Assembly (NCBI RefSeq): GCF_000143415.4
Contig: NW_003314282.1
Span: 1,383,374 to 1,447,373, forward strand
Reading direction: 5' to 3'
DNA length: 64,000 bases
DNA from: Selaginella moellendorffii
Lineage: Eukaryota; Plantae; Lycopodiophyta
A program made the position numbers and the translations under genes. This document shows, in pieces, positions 60,241 to 64,000 of the stretch (position 1 is the first letter of the stretch; each line of letters begins with the position of its first letter). Below the pieces are notes generated by a model, which had not been told where the DNA came from, made no database searches, and was given only the letters and a program-made list of their open reading frames with translations.

Positions 60241-60955
60241 CATCTTATGAGTCCAATAATAATGAGGACAAGAAGAATGTGGATATATTGCGGTGTTGTA
60301 CCATAATATGATTGCGTACCATTTCATCCAAGAGTTCAAAGGAAGAAATGCATCAGCAGCAATCCCAGAGCACTTGAGTCCAAAAAGGATGCTCTTATCA
60401 ACTACCCAACCCACCCTTGAGATTGACTCACTGTTTGATGGTATTTGGCTTCAATACCACCTTCTGCACATGGAGCCCATGGAAAAGTGGCTGGGATCCA
60501 TAATATGGTTTTTATTGGCTGTTTGGTTATCCAAAAATCCAGGAGTTGCTCCAAAACTTCTTCAATGGTAAAAGAGCTTGCACCACTAGCACAAGAGCAG
60601 TGTGTTATATTAGTCATTGGCCTACTAACATTCTGAATAAGAACCCTAAACTTCCAAATATTTGCTTTTAACCTTTTACCACCTTTATTGGATTCAGAAT
60701 AACATAAATGTCTCCGTGTTTTCATTGCATGCTTGATCATCTTGTGCTCAAGATGGATTACAAAGCGGACGTGTAAATCGATTCGTTCGCCGGTAAATAG
60801 CAATCTGGCCTCACATTTTATTTTATTTTGTGAACCTGCTGCAAAGAAAACAAGATTTCTAATAACTCATTCTAAAGAACTGTGTTAGATTCAGCCTCGC
60901 CAAGTGCAAGTCTATATAGCTCGTGGGCCTACAAGATGAGGAAGAAGAAAAAAAC

Positions 60956-62126
60956 TCAGATTCCAGCTTCAAAAGCTCGAATCACATATACCAATGGCAC
61001 TCTCGCGTTGGCAAACCAATTGTCAACCTGACTCATTGTTATATTCCATTGCCTCGAGAATTCTTGTCTCTGGCTCTTGCTCGGTCTCCTGCAAGTTAAA
61101 TTCCTGATTGATTCTAGAAGAGAAACAAAAAAAAACTTACGGATTGTCAAAATGGTCGTAGATCCAAGTACGCATGGCGTCTGCTGCAGCTTTCGGGATT
61201 CCAGACAGCTCCCCATTGCGAAGATTGTGCTTTGATGTGTTTCTCTTACACCCCATCCCATCTGGGCTGTTATCTGAACTGGAAGCCATGCGTGTTTACT
61301 TCACGACCTCGTAGCTCAATGTAAGAACTTCCCTTCGAAACAGGCCAAGAACGAGAATCTGCTGCCTGGAGAAAACGCCCTGCATCAACTGGGAGAAAAC
61401 CATCAGCTACACTCGAGGAAATCCAAACCTGATTGAAGGAATCCGTGAGAAGAGTAAGCGTCTGGAGGCTCTCCTGTGTTCTCTCCCGGAAGATGAACAT
61501 CTCTTCCAGAGCGCACGCATACCTAGAAGCCAGTAAACTCGAAGGTGACCACTTACAGTTCTCAAGGACGATAACTTCTGGATCCCGGGAACTTTGTCTT
61601 CGTTCTTGCCTTCGAGCAGTATCCTGATCGTAGTGGCGATCTCTGGAGTGACGCTTGGCTCCTCTGCAACGGCTCGCAGTTCCTCATTCATTTACAAGAC
61701 GTATCGACTCCTCCTTGTGCACCTAGAAAGAAAAAAAAAAAAAAAAAACACAGAGATACATAAGAAAAATCTTGGCTGCCATGAACACCGGTCTTCGGTC
61801 CCAGAAGCCTTTCCAAGGAAACAGACCAGAAACTCCATCAGTAGATCTTCCGAGCTTGCGGTGGCAGCTTGGACATGCGTCGCCCCCGAACTTGACCGAG
61901 ACTGCGGTGGAGACGACATCAGGAAATCCTGAAACATCTTGCAAAGCTCTTCATCGATGAAGAGCTCTTCAGGACGGGCTCTCTGAGGGTGAGGTTCGGA
62001 AAACTCAAGACTCAGGGATGAGATCTGCGAGCTCATCTGTGGAAAACGAAGCCGAATCTGGAGAGATTAAAAGACGATTTTTCTTTCTTGCTCACCTGGG
62101 GGAATCGCAAGGACCTGTATTGCCAT
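60956..62126 (-). pseudogene. Divergent BELL/TALE homeobox gene, copy 3 (best preserved; apparent frameshifts)
   Basis: GIPKAAADAMRTWIYDHFDNP|RPSKSQRQEFSRQWNITMSQVDNWFANARV; an apparent 4-bp duplication (aatgaatgag) near 61690 breaks the frame. Confidence 0.65.
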
Positions 62127-62415
62127 GAACGAGATGAGATTGTCAGCGAGGGAAAGAAAACGAAGCAACTAATATTAAAACCAGGGAGTGACCTCCGTGT
62201 TTATAAGGTGTGAGCTATACCCGTTGGCCTTCAAGATTTTTATTTTCTTAAGAGAATAAACCTGAGGATAAGCTTAAATAGCTAAGAGAGTTAAATATTC
62301 TTAGAATATGCTATTTAATATTCCAGGGAAGAGAATAAACCTCAGCATATTCTTACAAACTTCTATAAACCCTAAAAACTTAATATTCCTGGGATATGCT
62401 CTGAGATTCGCGCTC

Positions 62416-63863
62416 TTACTTCTTTCTACTCTTCTTCACGAAGAAATTGATCCCCTCGCAAACGTTTCCCAGCACATGATCCGAGACAGCCCACGGCGAG
62501 AGAATCATCTGCGAGAACTCATCCGGCGACGCCTCGTGCATCGTCCACTCCACATTCTTGGCCTGCTCGAACGTGGGAAACGCTCCATAGTTTCTCTGCT
62601 CGGCGACGCCGGATCGCTGGCCGGGAGTTACTCCACACCCCGGCGGACTGCTGCTTAGAACCAGCAGCCTCCCTGGCGGATACAGAACCACGGGCCCCTT
62701 CTTCTCGATGGAGCTCTCCCCCTCGCACTTTCCCTCCTCGCAAGAACTTCCCTGTTTTTGCTCGCTTGGTCCACCTCCGCTCAGCTCGCTGCACACCCTG
62801 CTCCCGAAATCGTCCACGTTGTCCTGGGCTCTCTGGAACATCTGCATTGCGTCCACCGCCCTGGAGATCTTCTCCCAGTCCTCGTCGTGCTTGGCGATCT
62901 CGTCGGCCCTCTTCCAGTCGAAGTTGCACACTCGCTTGCGGAGGTCCTCAATGGAAGCCACGGAGAATCGGGGGACGACGTCGTGCAAGCAGACGAAGGA
63001 GGTGGCGAAGCTGGCGCACTCCTTGGCCAGCTCCAAGCTGACGCTGGCCGGCACCGAGAAGCCCCAGCACTCGAGGTTGCGGTGCTCGTCTCGCAACTTC
63101 AGTCCACACATGATCCCCACTGCTGCTCCCATGCTGTGCCCGACTATAACCAGCTTCTCCAGGCAGCTGTCCTCCTGTAAAACTTGCCGGATGTGCGGCC
63201 TCACTTCTTCCAGGAGTGCGTCTGTCGCACGAGCAAATCCGCCGTGTGCATGCCCGGACTCGAACGGAGCTGGCATGGCTCCTGCACTGACAAGGATGTC
63301 AATCACATGAGAAGTCCCACGTACCGAGAGAACCAGTGCTCCATACGAGTGATCCACTGAGAGAGCAAACGCAGGCCGCATGGACTCCTGCTCGGGATTC
63401 CACACGGCTGTGACTATGGAAGACTCGGGCAGATGCGAGAAGAGCGAGAACGAGGCCGGGTCTGCGACGTAGACGGCTTCAGCCATTGCTCTCCAGTGTT
63501 GTGCTCTTACCATGAACTCGGGGTCGCTCGCTAAGTCACTTGGATGACCAGGAATTTCCATGGGATCGTTTTCGGTGATCTACAAGTTGTCACAAACCAT
63601 AAGCTTCCTTCCAAGAATGTAAACAATACGAAAGAAAGAGAGCTTACCTTTGCCATGGCCGCAAGACCAAGTACAACATCCGCGGCCGACCAAGGTCCGA
63701 TGTGATCCTGCACGCACAAAACACCTTTTGCAATGACTGTCATGGGTGACGATTCAGCCCCAGCTGCGTTCTTTGCAACCTGCTCCTTGAGCTTCCAAAC
63801 TCCCACTCTTCCGGCAAAGTAAGCTCCACAGATCCCACATCCCACAAGAATCAGCTTCCACAT
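62416..63863 (-). CDS. Class-3 lipase (DAG-lipase-like), 2 exons
   Basis: LVLSVRGT, GHAHGGF, VIVGHSMGA (GxSxG), DVVPRFS, LYPPGR, SDH. Confidence 0.9.
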
Positions 63864-64000
63864 CCCAGGAGCCTCTCCTGTTCTCTACACCTGCGTCTAG
63901 CTAAAGAAACCTGTGCTCGCTCCTCCACCACAACTAACCAGCGTAACCTTTCCACGTGTCGACTGGCATGAGATTCCAAGTGTCGCTTTCAAGCGAGCTG

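Overview
Eukaryotic, gene-dense land-plant nuclear DNA, most likely a lycophyte such as Selaginella. This is inferred from very short GT-AG introns, intergenic gaps of 50-300 bp, PLS/SS-type PPR genes and a flagellar CFAP206 gene sitting beside plastid genes. Recognisable genes: NPF transporter, CFAP206, two PLS-E PPRs, PTAC6/PAP8, F-box protein, FtsZ, vacuolar invertase, GluTR-binding protein, GDSL lipase, PWD/GWD3, PsbS, PrxQ, an AGO4-clade Argonaute, DUF2358, a GT106/RRT glycosyltransferase, FAD monooxygenase, SMO2, YIP4-like and a class-3 lipase. Accessory material lies between them. The most striking item is a recent tandem duplication of ~2 kb units, each carrying an intronless, secreted, 10-Cys KP4 killer-toxin-like gene (a fungal/mycoviral family; candidate horizontally acquired antifungal system). 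Other notable items are an intronless Uma2-like PD-(D/E)XK nuclease, an AT-rich island encoding a secreted GNA-type lectin fusion, an Argonaute starting only ~65 bp after the DUF2358 stop with an in-frame alternative acceptor (possible fusion/read-through), a fold-back made of two HSPA12-like 5' ends, three decayed divergent BELL/TALE homeobox copies and a Penelope-like RT remnant. All assignments come from manual motif recognition; no database searches were run, and exon boundaries of multi-exon genes are manual estimates.
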